Below are positions 63,289 to 64,000 of a stretch of 64,000 nt of DNA, in pieces (the stretch's first letter is position 1; the number at the start of each line of letters is the position of its first letter). This stretch comes from Auanema rhodensis (Eukaryota; Animalia; Nematoda). Location: contig OZ059898.1 of NCBI GenBank assembly GCA_964057225.1, forward strand, positions 13,826,001 through 13,890,000. The letters are read 5' to 3'. A model generated the notes under the pieces. That model was not told where the DNA came from. It made no database searches and saw only the letters and a program-made list of their open reading frames with translations. Both the position numbers and the translations under genes were made by a program.

Positions 63289-63370
63289 GCAGTCATGTCC
63301 GAGTGGTTAAGGAGATTGACTAGAAATCAATTGGGCTCTGCCCGCGTAGGTTCGAATCCTGCTGACTGCG
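63289..63370 (+). tRNA. tRNA-Ser(AGA) copy 17
   Basis: Identical tRNA body with a full array spacer. Confidence 0.95.
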
Positions 63371-63477
63371 AATATTTTGGACTAGAAAACAATTTTTCGA
63401 TCCCTTTTGATCTAATTTTCATAAGTACGAGATCATTCCGTCTATCACTTTAGCTGTAAAGTATATTCCTTCTACAA

Positions 63478-63534
63478 GCAGTCATGTCCGAGTGGTTGAG
63501 GAGATTGACTAGAAATCAATCTGGCTCTGCCCGC
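63478..63534 (+). pseudogene. 3'-truncated tRNA-Ser copy 18
   Basis: Breaks after the variable arm (ctctgcccgc) into unrelated sequence. Confidence 0.85.
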
Positions 63535-63725
63535 CGTTAAATTCGGACTCCCCATGTATATGCGTGGACGAAGGATTACACGTCTATAAATTTTTGCAAA
63601 GATGAGCTGGGAATGTGTCCGCTATTGTTGATTATAACAACTATTTGAGGGAAGTTCGCGCGTTCATATTATTAAAAAACCCCATTAAAATAGGTGGACC
63701 TGGTAAAACAGCAGAGAAATAAAAA
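63535..63725 (+). mobile_element. Merlin/IS1016 (ISXO2-like) transposase fragment
   Basis: Translates IVDYNNYLREV...NPIKIGGPGKTAEI, matching the Merlin VDWxxxxREV...IGGPGxxVEIDE pattern; truncated before the catalytic D. Confidence 0.6.
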
Positions 63726-64000
63726 AAACCTATTTGATACCATTTTTGAAGATATTTTATTTTTTATGCGAGAGAGAGAGAATGAAGCTGATTTATAGGT
63801 TAAAAATTTTCATTAAAGTTACTTCTCCCCCCTGGGGGAATACCCCCCAGACCCCCGGAGTCTGGAAGTTGTGCGTGAGGGTGGTTTAGAGTCTATAGGG
63901 TGATTTAGAGTCTATTCTGTCCCCAGGTTGTAAAACTGCGCGCGTTTCGGCAGAAGGGGCGGAGCCTAGCGAGGGGGGGATAACAGAGAAGAGCCTAGGG

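Overview
AT-rich eukaryotic DNA, almost certainly from a nematode: many ~40-55 nt introns, T-rich AG acceptors, operon-like gene spacing and nematode-specific families. 1-21.3 kb is a dense housekeeping cluster: an Arg-rich protein (5' part outside the window), mitochondrial intermediate peptidase, csn-6, an ech-3-like enoyl-CoA hydratase, a C2H2 zinc-finger gene, condensin CAP-D2 (dpy-28-like), taspase-1, a DUF836 glutaredoxin-like gene and syf-1. 21.5-48.5 kb holds degraded TE remnants, a two-pore K+ channel (TWK) gene with up to five alternative first exons and non-canonical filters, a secreted cysteine-cradle protein, an astacin and an srab-type chemoreceptor. 48.5-64 kb is a tandem array of tRNA-Ser(AGA) genes (18 copies, 179/189-bp units). 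The array is broken by a nest of mobile elements: Ty3/gypsy, a phlebovirus-Gc-like env, a Tc1-type MITE, a Helitron, a CR1-like LINE and a Merlin fragment. Four of the junctions lie at or inside tRNA units. The most unusual observations are this array/TE nest, an ATGA stop-start overlap between the glutaredoxin-like and taspase genes, and the TWK architecture. Exon boundaries were read by eye, and family calls rest on recalled motifs, not database searches.
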